Both the position numbers and the translations under genes were made by a program. Positions 15,201 through 29,500 of a stretch of DNA of 64,000 bases are shown piece after piece. The DNA is from Ruditapes philippinarum. Taxonomy: Eukaryota. A model generated the notes under the pieces. It was not told the DNA's origin, did not search any database, and saw only the letters and a list, made by a program, of their open reading frames with translations. Each line of letters starts with the position of its first letter. The first letter of the stretch is position 1. The stretch is taken from NCBI RefSeq assembly GCF_026571515.1, contig NW_026860290.1, forward strand, positions 248,001 to 312,000. Reading direction: 5' to 3'.

Positions 15201-18200
15201 GTTTGAACGAAAATCGGTCAATCCATTCGCCAAACAGACACATAAAGTGTTGAATATAAATTATGCGTTTTTAAGCTTTAATTATGGATAAATGTAGTGA
15301 TGAATTAATTGTAGTTGTGTTTATTAATGCAAATTTTGATATAAGTTTGTTTGTTTGGATAAGTAAACATGATATGAATACATTATTGTATGTTAGGGTT
15401 TTAGTCTAAAATCAAAATATTTTACCATTGCACGTGAGACGAACAAAAAAATCAAGCACACACACGTTTTAAAGTTTACAAAGCTTTATCTCTCATGTTT
15501 GAAAATTGCAAAAAAAAATTGAAATCAGAAAATGAATCCATTTTATTGTTATTTCAAAATACATTTCTGTTTGTACAATTCGTTTGCTAGCGAAAAGCGC
15601 ATGCACATAAAGTGCAATTGCTATAATGTTTTCTGAACAACTGTAAATAATTATGTAACTGTAACATATCCAATTGAGGAATTTCATATTGTAATGTACG
15701 TTTTAACATAGCCAAAGAAGTTAGCGTTTAACTATAGTCTTACTTTTTGCACAATTGAAGAGACTCATAATAAAGTGAAACATATTTAAGAAAAAAATGG
15801 AAAACTTAATCATATTTTATTTGCCACAAGGGATTTTTTTCATTTTAAATCACTTTCAAGAGAGAAAAAATGGTAATTCTTGTATGTTGGCAGACTTTAA
15901 ATCAAATCGGCACTCTTAATTACATATGGCGACAGTTCAGGAAGACCTCAGATGCCCACCAGGCACCAAATGAACCATCAAAACGTTTCATAACTTAGCC
16001 GGATAGTTCTTTAACATGTCGCTTATGGTATCCAAACTCAAAGCGGGGATGGGTCAGTTGGTTTTAAGTCAACGACCTTAACCACTTGGCCACAGAAGCG
16101 CAATAGCTAGAAAGGCATAGGAAATCATATTGTTTTTGATATTTCATGGTTAATTTTTGCCTTTTTTAACAGGTGTTTTTAACTATACAAGCAGCAAAAG
16201 TTTACCAGGTTACCATGGAAACAGTGAGGCACCGAAAGCTGTGCGCAGCGTTGACGGTTTACCAAAGTCCGCACAGATTCCTGGAGACGAGGAACTCGCC
16301 AAGCTAGATGACACACAACTTCTGCTTATTTACTGGAGGTTCGTTGAATGTTAGTAAAACAAAAGAGTCACTATCAAGCATGTCCTAAACAGCCTTTGTA
16401 CGTCATTTGTTGTCTGTTTTTATCGTATAACTGATACTGCAAACTTGATCAATAGAACATTCTAAAGAAGTTTAGATCATGAAACTATGTCATGCATTTG
16501 TTTTTAGATAAAAGTTTGCATATAATTACAGGTTTGTCAAAATTAATATAATGGCACAGGAAAAAATAGCTGCGGTCTGTAAATGTAGGGTTTTTTTGTA
16601 TGCAAGTGGTCTAGCCATCTAATTGTTATTAACTACAGGTTTGACTATTAAAAGTTTTAATTGACAAACATAATTTCTTTTTTTTTAATTCTTACTGAGG
16701 CACATTTTGTTATAACCGTCGAATTAACATTTTGTAGCAATCATTAACTGCCGCATGTTCTTGCTGCTTTTTATTTTCAGATATATAAACATGTTACACA
16801 TTTTATGTAAAGACATTATTCGTGTTGGGAATCTCAAAGATGGTGGTAAAGAAATATGTGTTGATCCAGACTATAAACCGAAAGCACCCTGTCTCGTGTA
16901 TTCATTCGGGTAGGTTAATATATACTTTATATTCTTTACAAAAAAGAAAAGAAAAGAAAAATACTTTGAATATTTTGTGTATTTGTAGTGGCATGTCCAT
17001 CTTCAAACATAACAGGTATAAAAGCCAATGGTACAGATAATCTATGAATTGGCTCGTTTAATGTATAAATAATATTGTGTTTTAGCAGTCACGGAATTCT
17101 CCATTGAAATGTGTAGGTTAAACAATTTACGGATATAAATCAATTTGTCTTTAAAATAAATCGGTTACTAGTATATATAGAATAATTTTAAACTTTCGCA
17201 TCAGCCCCTCTATTTTTAGTACATTTGTGTCACGTGAGTGGGTAAAAACTAAAAACAGCAATATGGCAATCTAGATTTAATTTTCTCATTTTGTGACACA
17301 TGGTAAGATTCAGTTGTTTTTGCAACTAAGTTAAATTTATAAATTCAGTTCTAATCTGGAGACAAGATAACAGAAACAAATTTCAAGTTAAACGTAAATA
17401 CGTGATATACGTGATTAATTTACTATTGTTTGTTTAAGATAGCCTCTTATCAAATCTATACAAAGGGGCATCATTCATCTGTCCAAATTTCGTGAGAATT
17501 CAGACATTGCTTAAGAGATAAGCGTTAACTTTGGTATCTATTTAAAGTACCCCCCCCCCTTATATATAATAACTCCTGTTTATTTTGTTAAATGATCTAC
17601 ACTTATCATTTGTCATTGAACAAGATTTTTAGTGCCATCTGCAATGTGAAAATTATTTTCTTTCTTCACTTGACAATACATGTATTTTACTTTTTAATAC
17701 ATTTTTTAAAAAATTTCATGATAATATGCATTATGCTCTAGGCATGCTGCTTCGACCATGGTGATAGAGCATTTAATGAAAAAAGGGAGATAACTCGTTA
17801 AACAAGACCGACTTCTCTTGAAACAGTCCATTGTACAGTCCAAGTTTAGCTTCCGCTCATGCGCACGAACACGAGAAATCAAAACATTTCAAATGCTTTT
17901 GTTATCAATAAAGAATTATTTTAATTTTTTTTTTACATTATTTTAATATTCACAGGATCAACCACTTGTTTGATTTTGACAGAGATATTGTCGACAGATT
18001 TGGATGTGATGTCCATTGTTTTGATCCCAGGTAAAAAAAAAACGTTAAAGGCATGAAACTGCTTCAATCACTTAGTTATCTATGTATTTTGGACAGTTTA
18101 TATTCATATCTGTCACCAGTTTCATTGCTATAATTATGTTTGTAATTATGTAAACTATTATATAAGCAAAACTCAACACTTTGCTAGTAAGTTTTGTTTA

Positions 18201-20079
18201 CTGTTACGTACACTGAAACGGAAATATGTTCGTTAATATTATTTATGCAGGTCTTATATGCTAGTATGTAAATTGCCATATTTGTAATTTGTTCTGTCCA
18301 TTTTGCCACATTGGTCGTTGACCTTCTGGTTTGATATGAATAAAACTTGTAAACTTGCTAAGCCCCAGAGGCTAAGACACAAATATTTTGTAATAATGAA
18401 TTTTAGTATCTTTAAATAATTATTTTAATAATAGTACGTTCGATACTTATCACCTGAAGAAAATTAGCACTACATAGGAAATTATTTGTCATAAAAAGTG
18501 CAAAACGGAAACAAGATAGTAGTGACATTCATACAAAATACCTAAATAATTTCTAAAAAACAATTCCAGTAATTGGCCGATTTGGAACTTTTTGGAAGCT
18601 AAAAAAGGCAGAAACAACAATTGATTTAGTATTATTGACGCTCATTTCAATGGTTTAAATTCTCTGTTTGTTTGAACTCATATTCTCTGTTTGTTTGAAC
18701 TAATATTCTCTATCTGTATGAACCAATATTCTATGTTTGAATGAACTAATATTCCCTATCTATATGAACTAATATTCTCTGTTTGTATGAACTAATAACC
18801 TATTTCAGCATGAACAACGAGACAAGACAATTATCTGAACATATATGGTTTTATAGATGGGGCCTTGGCGGTAAAAATGAAGTAAACTCAAAAGGATGGA
18901 CTATAAAAACATTGGATAAGATTCGCCAAGAACTTGGTCACACTAATGTAAGAGTGCTAGAATATGTTTGTTTTTATTACACAATTTACACTTTATCTCA
19001 ACAGAGGCCAGAAAACGGCTGCGAGATATCTCATCTTTTTAAATTCATATTCAATTTGAATTCCCTTCGGATAATTTGCATTAGACACGCAAAATCCTTC
19101 CAAATCTGTTGTTATTGAACATAAAGCAACGTAAAGCAGGTGTTTAAGGTGAACCTTTCCGACAGAAAATTTTCTATCATACATTTTTTAAAGAGAATTA
19201 TGCCCTTATTTAGTTAAAACGTATTTTATTCACAATCATTGCATAGCCAGTATTTTAAGAATTTGAAGCTTTTATAGTGATCCTCTGAGTGCGATACTTA
19301 TTTCCTGATGTAGTTTTTCTAATCGTTAGAAAGTCCAATATTTAGCCTGTTGATTTCTCATCATCAAGTTCCATTTCATGAAGCTTATTTTTTTCTAAGA
19401 AACTCATGTATAGATCTTTACTGTATAGAAACGTTAATGCTTAAAATATAGTCCGAGCCGTTTAATTATGCTTTACTTTGCAGCATCCGTGTCATAAAAG
19501 TCATGGTTATCCAATGAAAATTGGCAAACATACCAAATGGACATTATTTCCATTTGGATGTCAAATTCAAACATGTAAACTATATCCATTCATTACACAT
19601 TATCAAAGATGAATTCCCTTCGTTTTGTTTTAACATTTAAAACCACGCGGTAGAACTACTTTCCATCCGTATAAAGTCCGAGGTTATTATGAATAATAGC
19701 CGATGTGTTCCGATTGGGGAACAGGTTCAAACTAGAGTCTTATTCCATCTTTTTTGTATTTCAGCGTACTATCGACTTGCTAAAAATAGACATAGAAGGT
19801 GATGAATGGAACGCTATTCCACAAATGATCTCATCCGGAACACTTGATGACGTCAGACAAATATCCATGGAGACACATTTTTCTGCAGAACATGCAAATC
19901 AAAAGGACTATTGGGGCAATTTACCGCCAGCTAAACAATTGTCAGCATTAAGACAGCTATACGATTTTGGATATAGAACTTTTATGCGGGAACGCAATAT
20001 GTGGTCTTATTTTATGTGGCGGGGTATTAAAGGTTATATTACCAATGTAAATGAAATTTCAATGATTAAACCAAGATGA
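12269..20079 (+). CDS. METTL24: METTL24-like (FkbM/Methyltransf_22-type) SAM-dependent methyltransferase with N-terminal signal anchor
   Basis: Exon 1 12269-12373 (MKRLRYAVVSIVCLISGVLILLSS). A probable 22-nt microexon at 14392-14413 supplies the needed phase change. Further exons: 16173-16338, 16781-16909 (RVGNLKDGGKEIC...CLVYSFG), 17956-18030 (FDFDRDI...GCDVHCFDP), 18809-18947 (KTLDKIRQELGH), 19765-20079 (IDLLKIDIEGDEW...QISMETH). The small 5' exons are uncertain. Confidence 0.85.
14582..14755. mobile_element. Palindromic MITE family A, copy 2 (internally deleted)
   Basis: TGAGCCGCGTCACGACAAAACCAAC...GTGACGCGGCTCA termini. Confidence 0.85.
15905..16100 (-). mobile_element. Degenerate tRNA-derived SINE
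   Basis: The minus strand begins GCGCTTCTGTGGCCAAGTGGTTAAGGTCGTTGACTT (tRNA A-box-like head) and continues into a decayed non-tRNA body. Confidence 0.55.
18659..18797. repeat. 23-bp minisatellite, ~6 copies, abutting a 3' splice site
   Basis: Unit ATTCTCTGTTTGT(T/A)TGAACTAAT, period 23. Confidence 0.85.
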
Positions 20080-21076
20080 TAAAAATCTGATTTATTTAAG
20101 ATGGTAAAATGATGAAAATGTCCCAAGCTGCCAAATCAGTGTTTACAAGTTATCAACATAGTGAATACACAATGTACCATTGACTATCATAAAATGACAA
20201 GATAGTTAAAGGGGGTGGGGGTGGGGGTAATTGTTTATATTGAATGTAATTATAAAATGTTATGCAAAATGTAATGTAATTAAATGATGCAGGTTCATTT
20301 TCATTAAACCTGATCATTTTTCATTTATATTGCCGCATATATAAATACGTCTATACACCTAAAGAAATATGCATTAAAATGCAAAGCATTATTTGAATTA
20401 AGAGCACACACATAGGGTCAATATATTAAGTTTTGTTAATACATATATGTCATTTAATGTTTCAACCATTGATATTCATCAATCTTACAAATCTTACATT
20501 AGGGTTATAGAATATAAATAGATGGGCTGCAAGCCGGTCGAATCTTTGAGTTGCTGTTTTTTCATTGATGGGATGGTGTATATTTAATATCACACATTAT
20601 GCCTTAGATTTTTTATTTTAATTTTTCAGAAAGGGCAACTATGATTTCTATAATATTTAAATAATGCTTTAGGGGGATTTTAATTGCTTCTTACTTGAAG
20701 GAATAAGCGACAAACATGAAATATTTTGTCATGAAAAGTAGCAAAAAGTAAAACAATGTAGTATTTTGACTTCTATACAAAATAGTAGTTCACTATAATT
20801 GAACTTAATTTATTATCGGGTATCTTCTAACTAGTTTTCCAGCGACAAGGTACAAAAGCAGACGGAACTTTAGTTATTGGTTGAAAGATATGGGATGTAA
20901 GATGACGCAATTTCTTTATAAATTAAAAAAAAACATATGTAGCAAATAGCTTTGAATGTGGAACAGACAGTAGCATTTCTAAGCTATTAAAATGGTAGAA
21001 CTAAAGATCATCATGCACATATCTTTACATAGCAGATATAGCATCGTCTGGAACTGCTCAGCACTTCTAATACAGA

Positions 21077-21203
21077 CCCTATAACAAGTAAAGAACTGAT
21101 AGCGAACAGCATGGATCCTAATCAGACTGTGCGGATGCGCAGGCTGGTCTGGATTCATGCTGGTCGCAAACCCATTATGTTGGTTTTGTCGTGACACGGC
21201 TCA
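21077..21203. mobile_element. Palindromic MITE family A, copy 3 (one arm only)
   Basis: AGCGAACAGCATGGATCC...GTTGGTTTTGTCGTGACACGGCTCA. Confidence 0.8.
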
Positions 21204-22413
21204 AATGGTTATATTTCCCAGGAAAAAACATAACTGTTTTATAGATAGTCAATTGTGAAAAAATAACAGAACACAAACAAAATGGTTGGAATAACCCCGT
21301 GACTTTATTGTGTATTTTGGTTAATATAAATATCATCGTCAAAAATTATGATATGAAATAAAAATTGTAATGAGAAGAAATATGAAAGACAGCTCCAAGC
21401 TAAAGGCATGGAAAGCTACGTAGCAACGCAAAATGCTGTTAACTATGACGATAAGCTCTGAAAATGCTAAACTCTACTTAGGCTTGCCGCTACAAGGTCA
21501 GCAAACAAGAATGTAAAGAGTCATGGCATTTTACAAGAGTAAAACAATAACAAAGCTTAAAAGAAATCGAGGCAAATTGCTCCCATTAAATCTCTTAACA
21601 ACGAGATGTTCGCAGTGATAATGGAAAGTTTTGAACAAAATTTTACAAAGAAGAGCTCATGACAATGTTCAAATACATGTACATGTAGTTTGTATAAGGC
21701 CCATGTTTATGCAATTAGGGTAGCTTTTCAATGAGAAGTGGACGGTAAATTGAGGAACAGAACCGAATGTATTGGTACGGTAGTAACATTCCACAGTTAT
21801 GGTGTGGTATGTTCAGTGATATTCATCTTATCCCAACTTATTGCACTTACTGTCTCACTTACTTTATCTAAAATGATACAAGAAAGCATTGCGATTTTTT
21901 ACTTATAAGGGAGACAACTCCACAGTCCATATTACAAACGTGTAGAGTGCACTTCCTCCCTTATTAGCAAGACACCCATGTTGGATGCATATAACACTTC
22001 CCATTTTTGTTCTTTCTGCAATGACATATGACGTCTGATGCGCAAACTTATATCATTTTGCAATGCATCATTTTTAACTAAGATCACATTTGACGCCTGA
22101 TGATAGCCATGTGCATGTTGTAGCTACTGTGAAGCAGCAGAAACAAATTTCATAAACAGGTCTCAACTTGTTTTTATTCAAGGGCCATAACACAACCAAT
22201 GTTATTCAAGTGCAAGTACTTTATGTATCAATCAATCCTGGAAAGTTTCATTTAATTTGTATTTGTAGTATAAGAGAAGTCCAAACAAACGAAATATCAT
22301 GTTCACTTGCTTGAAAATGTCATAAAATTAAAATGATATCAGCATCTGCAGCAGTTTTTGATCAAACATTTGTCACCCATTACAGATTCAGTAACTTACA
22401 ATATATATTTGTA

Positions 22414-23577
22414 AAACATGTATGCCCCCTATCGGCAGCAAATAAGTCATGTGGCCAGGTTATTGTAACATACTTTTGACATAGAGACCAAACCCTGCAT
22501 CTTCTAAGTTTAAATGTAATGGACCAATGAGAATTTGAGATATTGATAAGAAACAGTTTTTAACTAAAAGGTCAATGAGATCTTGGCCTCTGACCCTTAT
22601 GACCCAAAACATCAATTGAGGTCAGCTTCTGTCCAAAAGCAATGCATTTGTGAAGTGTCAAGAGTCATTGATTTGTCGAGTTATTGTTACGAAACTGTTA
22701 TTTCATACAAGGTCAATGTGGCTTTAATCGTTGACCCCTTGACACTAAAATAAATCAGGGTCATCTACTTGTCAAAACCAATGCACTTACACAGTTTGAG
22801 GGCCAACAGACTAAGGGTTGTCAAGTTATTAATCGGAAACCGTTTTAACCTACAGGGCCAATATGACCTGGAACTTTGATCCCAAAATCAAAAGGGGCAA
22901 TGAACTGGCCAAGACCAATGCACCTATGCCAAGAGACCATAGGATGTCAATTTATTGTTTGGAGACCGTTTTTTCCTATGACCTTTGACCATTAATAAAA
23001 CAAAATAGGGAGGATCATCTATCTACCAAGACAAAAACACCTATGCAGTCTGAGGGCCAAGGGCTAATGACTTGTCAAGTTATTGATCGGAAACCGTTTT
23101 TACTTTCAAGGTCTATGTGACCCTGACTTTTGATTCCTTGACCCCATAAATCAATAGGGACCATCTACTGGCCAAGATCAATGCTCTTATAAAGTTTGCG
23201 GGTCAAAGACCCATGGGTTGTCAAATAAATGACTGGAAACCGTTCCTTCCTACAAGGTCAATATAACCTTGACCCATTGACCTAATTATCAATAGGGGTA
23301 ATCTACTGGCAAAAACAAACCTACGCAGTTTGAGGACTAAGGGCACAAGGGTTGTTAAGTTAATGATAGGAAACTGTTTTACCTACAAGGCCAATATGAT
23401 CTTGACCTTTAACCCCTTGTACCCAAACTCAATAGGGTCACCTTCTGGTCATGGACAATCTCCATACCAAGTTGCCTAAGCGTTATTTAGTTAGTGATCG
23501 GAAACCATTTGGACCAGCCGACCAACCGATAGACAAATGCAAAACAATATACCCCAGCGTCTTTGAAGGGCATAATA
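22414..23577 (-). mobile_element. Old non-autonomous Helentron/HINE-like element with degenerate internal tandem repeats
   Basis: Minus-strand head TTATGCCCTTCAAAGACGCTGGGGTATATTGTTTTGCA followed by a (GGTC/GGTT)n-like tract. Recurring ~150-bp units contain TGACCTT..GACCC and GATCGGAAACCGTTT. The distal end has GGGGGCATACATG. Boundaries are approximate. Confidence 0.65.
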
Positions 23578-24293
23578 ATTCGGTCGTTAAATAACAATTA
23601 CGCATATTTTAGCTTACATGACTGTAGAAATCGTATCATGTATTGGAGCCAAACAAATTAGCCATTAACTGTGAACAAACCTGCCTTGTTGTCATTTAGA
23701 TATTGTACGAGAAAGTCCAAGAACAAAATGATCACTTTTAAAAGAAGAAATGCAGATATACAATTTGGATTTAAAAGCACATTATGCCTCAGACATTAAT
23801 TTTTTTTTTTAAATTCGAAAGGTTGAATGTTTATTTAACAATGCTTTTATAATGGATTTTGAGCATGTTTAGAAAAAATAACTTTATCAATTTTGGGTGA
23901 ATTGTTGTAGAATACTGTGCACGGTTTGAGTGATATTACTGAAGAAAAGTAGTGCTGAACGTTTAGTTATGTTTGTACAGATAGTAAAATGTAAATAAAG
24001 TAGTATTTTCACTTCCATACAAAATACCAAATCTCTATAACTATATACCAATAGATAGTTCATCTATATGGTCAATAACTAAATTTAGAAAACTGTTAGA
24101 ATATACCAAAGTAAAATGGTTTTGAGATTGTGCCTTATTTTTTGTATGATTATTGGTTTTAAAGAATAACGATTTTAACAAACGAATACGTCAAAAACTT
24201 TATAGCTCTTTTAAATGGAAAGAAGTAAGGAAACTTAATATATTATTTTTGTTTCAAAAAAGCCGTTATTACAAACATTTTATATATTATTAG

Positions 24294-25064
24294 TTAGAAA
24301 GATTGTTAGCAGGTTATATGGCCTTATATAAACGGCTGTTTGTAAATATAACCCGAGCCGTTCGACAAGGATTATATTGCAAATGGCCGTTTATATATCA
24401 ACGATCTTTATAACGAATTTATAATACAACACGCATCATTTTTTAGAGAAAAAATGAATCGACAGTAGCCGTGTATATAAAAACTTTATTACCCTTCCAG
24501 ATTTTTTCCGTCTTTTTGATTGGATATTGATCACCCGAAAGAAATTGATATAACCGAGCCAGACGGGTAATATACACACTAAATTTCCCCGTTGGGTACC
24601 CGACGTTCTAAACAACATGCGCTGAAGTGATGCGCGTACGGTTTGGTTTTACGCGGTGTAAATTCCGATTTACAAGCACTTTTTAACTGTCAAATGATAA
24701 ATATTTACCAACGTAGAGTAATGATACATATAACCATCTGTATCGAAAACAAATATAATCTTTGAAAGCTTGATATTAATTACAAAAAAGTGCGTTCAAT
24801 AGACTACTCCTTTTCTCTTGTTTACATTCGTTAGGTACGGGATTAGAAAGATTGTTAGCAGGTTATATGGCCTTATATAAACGGCTGTTTGTAAATATAA
24901 GGCGAGGATTATATTGCAAATCAACGATCTTTATGACGAATTTATAATACAACACGCATCATTTTTTAGAGAAAAATGAATCGACAGTAGCCGTGTATAT
25001 AAAAACTATATAAACGTCACGATTATCCAATGAAAAGCGGCGTTACAAATGAGCAGTATTATAA
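24294..25064. repeat. Interspersed element with an internal ~190-bp direct duplication (24294-24485 and 24843-25006); related copy at ~46577-46824
   Basis: TTAGAAAGATTGTTAGCAGGTTATATGGCCTTATATAAACGGCTG...GTGTATATAAAAACT occurs twice. The end ...GCAGTATTATAA is shared with the 46.6-46.8 kb copy. Confidence 0.75.
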
Positions 25065-26599
25065 ATTTTGTTATATTCTTTATTGGTCTATCTAAATTTC
25101 TTGTATTATATCATCAAAACTACCTTGAAGTATTGTAAATTGACTGTTGTTTGTTCTTTTGTACTATTATATATATACAGAGATGTAGATAATCTATGTC
25201 TCCGATTTATACAGTAATGTTTTCTTTATTAATGTTTATTTTTTTTAATTAAATGGACGAAAGCAGCATAAACAAACTACGTGTATATTGAATCAACCGT
25301 GAAACATGTTCAACTTAGCGGTGTTGTCCATTAACATTTAATTTAAACTCAAAGAAAAAAGAATTTGTGAAGTTGGCGGTCTGGCGGCCGAAAATAAAAT
25401 GTAAAATGTTGTTAAGAAAATAAAACGACTCTAATTAAGTTTTAAATACATATCTTTCATTTAAAAGTTACATAAAAAGAATAAAAATTACACTCAAAAA
25501 TGATAAAATTATAAAGTTATCTTAAAGTGGGTTTATTCTTTCTTTTTACGTTTCTTTTAATTGTTATCAAGAACTATCTAAAGAACTTAACAAAGTGACA
25601 TTTTATTGTTATTTGATAAAATTTTAGGTTGCCAGGCCATTCTTTCTGAATGTATTTTTCTTTCTTTTTAATAAAACTTTAAAATGACGAGGCATGTTTT
25701 AATAACTAAATTAATAGTCATTTTAATTTCTTTGACAAACTTCTACAACACTTTGAAGTTCAGACCGCTGGGCCACCAACTTCACGCCCCTAGGCCGCTT
25801 GATGTACTAAACACCAGAAAAAAACTTTTTGAAAAATACAAATGATATCATTTTGATGCTTAATGGGTCTTTAATCGAATCATTTTTACCTGGCACCAAA
25901 AAAATATCTAAAGCCCAGATCTACTTATTTCTTATATGTAGATCTGATGACGACCGAATATATGTTTCGCCTTCTTTATGAATCGGATTTCCCTAGAAAG
26001 CTATTTTATGCCATGCGATCAAACGGGGTTTTACATAGACATTAGAAGAAGTATCAAAATACCGTTATCCGTGAAAGTTTAACAAATTGTTGATTTTTGT
26101 TAAAAGAAAAATGTTTAAAGTAATTTATAACAAATCGACTTGAAAAAATAGAGTCAATTTTTAATGGGCAAGATTGTTTTGCAAGTTTACCTGTCGGCTA
26201 TACGTTATGTTTGTTCTCGAAATCGTGAAAATTGGTCTTCCCAGGGTTAGAATTAGAAACCACATCGCTTTCAAAATTATGAAGCTCGCTGATGATTGAC
26301 TGTGTGAAATGTCACCAGAAATGATTTCGTATATGGTCACGGTCAGATCTCAAAGCGGAGCGTTATTTAGAGCTGATTTTAACCAGACTGACCATACCTT
26401 TTGACAGTAAACTAAAAGCATATCTTAGAAATGTATATACTGTAAAACACTAAATAAAGAAATGATACAAAAGAAACAGAACGGGAAAACAACAAAAAAA
26501 TATTATTTTGCTTTTCAACGGGACATTAAACAATGAACAAATATTCATAAAGAATCACATGATTTATTTCAATATAAAACGCAATTCTCTTGCCACAAT

Positions 26600-29500
26600 T
26601 TACCCAACAATGATACTCGGTGATGTTCCTGAAAATTAAAAAAAAAAACGTGTTTAAATTATTAATTTCTATCATCTGTTCATCTGTCCTTCATTCCTTC
26701 CTCCTTCCTTCCTCTTTTAATTTCTTTACTTTTGTTGCAACGCTTTTCAATTTTGGTTTTTTGTCACAATTTGGATAATTATTCTGAAAACGTATGATCT
26801 GAAATTTTGCACATAATGTACTACTCTAGACTTGCATAAAGTAGAAAATTAATCTTTCAAGTCCCGTCATGTCAAAATAAAAACAGCAGAGCTTACCAAG
26901 ATTGATATTGATGTTTTTTCCTGTCGAACCTAAAGTGAAAGTTTCACGTTTGATTTCCCGGCCATCATGCCGCACTATCAAAGTGTAACCTCCCTTGAAA
27001 CCTCGGACAGAGAATGAATTTATCTTGTTTACATCCTTGGTCACGTGAGTCCGCCATGTTGTCTTAAAGAGCGTCTGATAAGCCTTTCCGGCTTCATTTG
27101 GCTGTAAATGAAAATGAAGATACGAGGAATAATTTTTTTAATCAAGTGTAACACTGGTTTATTTACAAAATGCGTATCAACCATGTATTTCGTTGTTTTT
27201 TGTTTTAAAACTGGTTAAGGATACAACATCATTGGTAACTCTGATGTACTCTATTCTTGTACATTTTAAGCTGAATGTTAACGAAATCAGAACTCGGGAG
27301 TCCCAACAATACAAATGAAACTGTGTTAATTGAAAGTGTAATATCCATAACTACAAAAACGAATGTCAAGTTGAAGGTCAATGTCAGTTTTGATGTACAA
27401 TGAATACGGTAGAATGTGCAGTGCATGGTAGCATTGGTAGTCTTCATTCCGGATCAGTGCAGTAAGTCACATTGAATTTAACAGAGAACAGTTTAGCTAC
27501 CGCATCGGTCCTGGGCAGGCTGTCAAGCAGTTTACCAGTACTAGTTGCATTCACTTTCGCAAGGAACTGTATTTTCGATCTGTACATGCCAGAGCAGATG
27601 TACAGTGCGAATGACCGTAGATAGGATTTCATGATCATTCACACCGACAGTGACCTGCACCATCCGGGTCACCCGATTCAACCTCTACCTACTGAGCTAA
27701 CCGGACGGCTCACTGTATAAGGTTTAAGGGGCCACTCAATTATGTAACAATCCTTGACAACACATGAGAACAATACCTGTAGGATTCGGTCTCTTGATCT
27801 AATGAAAAATAGTAATTTGTTCAATTTATTATCTTCTATATAGATATATATGAGCCGCGTCACGACAAAACAAACATAACATCCGCGCAGTCTGATCAGG
27901 ATCCATGCTGTTCGCTGTAAGTTATCTAGTTGTCATAGGGTTTGTAAGCGAACAGCATGGATCCTGATCAGACTGCACGGATGCGCAGGCAGGTCTGGAT
28001 CCATGCTGGTCGCAAACCCATTATGTTGGTTTTGTCATGGCGCGGCTCATATGGTTTGTTGTGATGTCTAATACTAAATACTATATCAACGTTAGTATTT
28101 CATTGTATTACATGTATTACAGACCTTCCATTATAGACCAATTCTCTTTAACAGTTCAGCAAGATTTCTTGCATGAAGCATTTGCTTTTAATTAGGGGAA
28201 TATACTAATCAGTTTTAAAATCCAAACAATAATTTTGTAAGCTATACTGCTATAGACAGCAGTTATAAACATGTAGCTCTATAGACTGTAAACTAGCCTT
28301 TATACCACTAAAGCATAGTGCCGACAATATTCAAAGCATTTATTAAAGATTGTATCCATATTTACCATAACGTCAGAGCCTTCAAATAACGCTGTTTGTT
28401 GGTTGAATATTTTTCCGTCCCAGAATCCCCAGAAAAGCACACCCTCTACCGCCGGGTGACTAAAATACAGGGTGAGTATATCTGTTAAGGCTGTCGCCCG
28501 TGAGTGTACATCATTTGATGCAAGACTGAGCTCCGTGATCCAGATAGGGAGACCAGCAGAGGCGACCGTGTCCAACTGTCCCTGTCGTTAATAAAGTTAA
28601 GAGGACCATATAGAATTTGAATTATACAAAAAAAAAACTTAATATAACCAGTTCGTACAAAATCGTCGTCCCTCTTACCTTTCCGTTAACCGCTAAATAT
28701 GTAATTTAAAAGAGGTTTTAAAATTAAGTCTTCAAGTGCTGAAATGCGATCAGTCAAAGGCTTTTTGTCAACGTTTTGAATAAAAATACAAAGCTTCGGG
28801 TTATATTTCAAGCCCTTTTCTTCTTCTGTTGTTGTTTCCTTGTCGTTGTTGTTTTATTTAGTTTGATGAGCAGACGACAAAAGAGCGGAAAGAAAACAGA
28901 AAGAAAATACTTCATCATAATCCTTTTTACATTGCTGTCATTCTTATATCTCCATGTGACTTTTTAGAAATGATAAAAAAAAACATTTTGTCGGACACAT
29001 AATGGTATATAACAATATGAACACTTTTTTTTTCATTTTTATGACCTTGTTAAAGAAAAAAGTTACTTGGATTTCTACTATAGTTAATAATATTGATTCA
29101 AAAGAATAGTTAAAGTCTATAGCGTAAAACAAAACCACCGTTACAACATAATTAGCAACTTTTTCCTTACCTCATGTACATGTACAACTTTATCGATTTG
29201 TTGTTTTATTATGCAATTTCAACATTACAGTTTGGTACCGTAAAGTGACGGATGCATATAAATAGATATGAAAACATTCTTTAAACTTTGATAATTAGAG
29301 ATTCAAATTTGAAATCTTTATTTCTTTCATCTTACAAACAACATAAAGTTCTTTGTGAAATGTGAAAAGGACTAATATACCTTCAGCTTGCCTATATCAA
29401 GGTTTGTATCTTTTATATGACTTTGTATTCCTACGCCGTAGATTGGGACTCCGGCACTTTTAAAAAATTCCGCTTGATGGCGTAACGGCTGAAAGAAATT

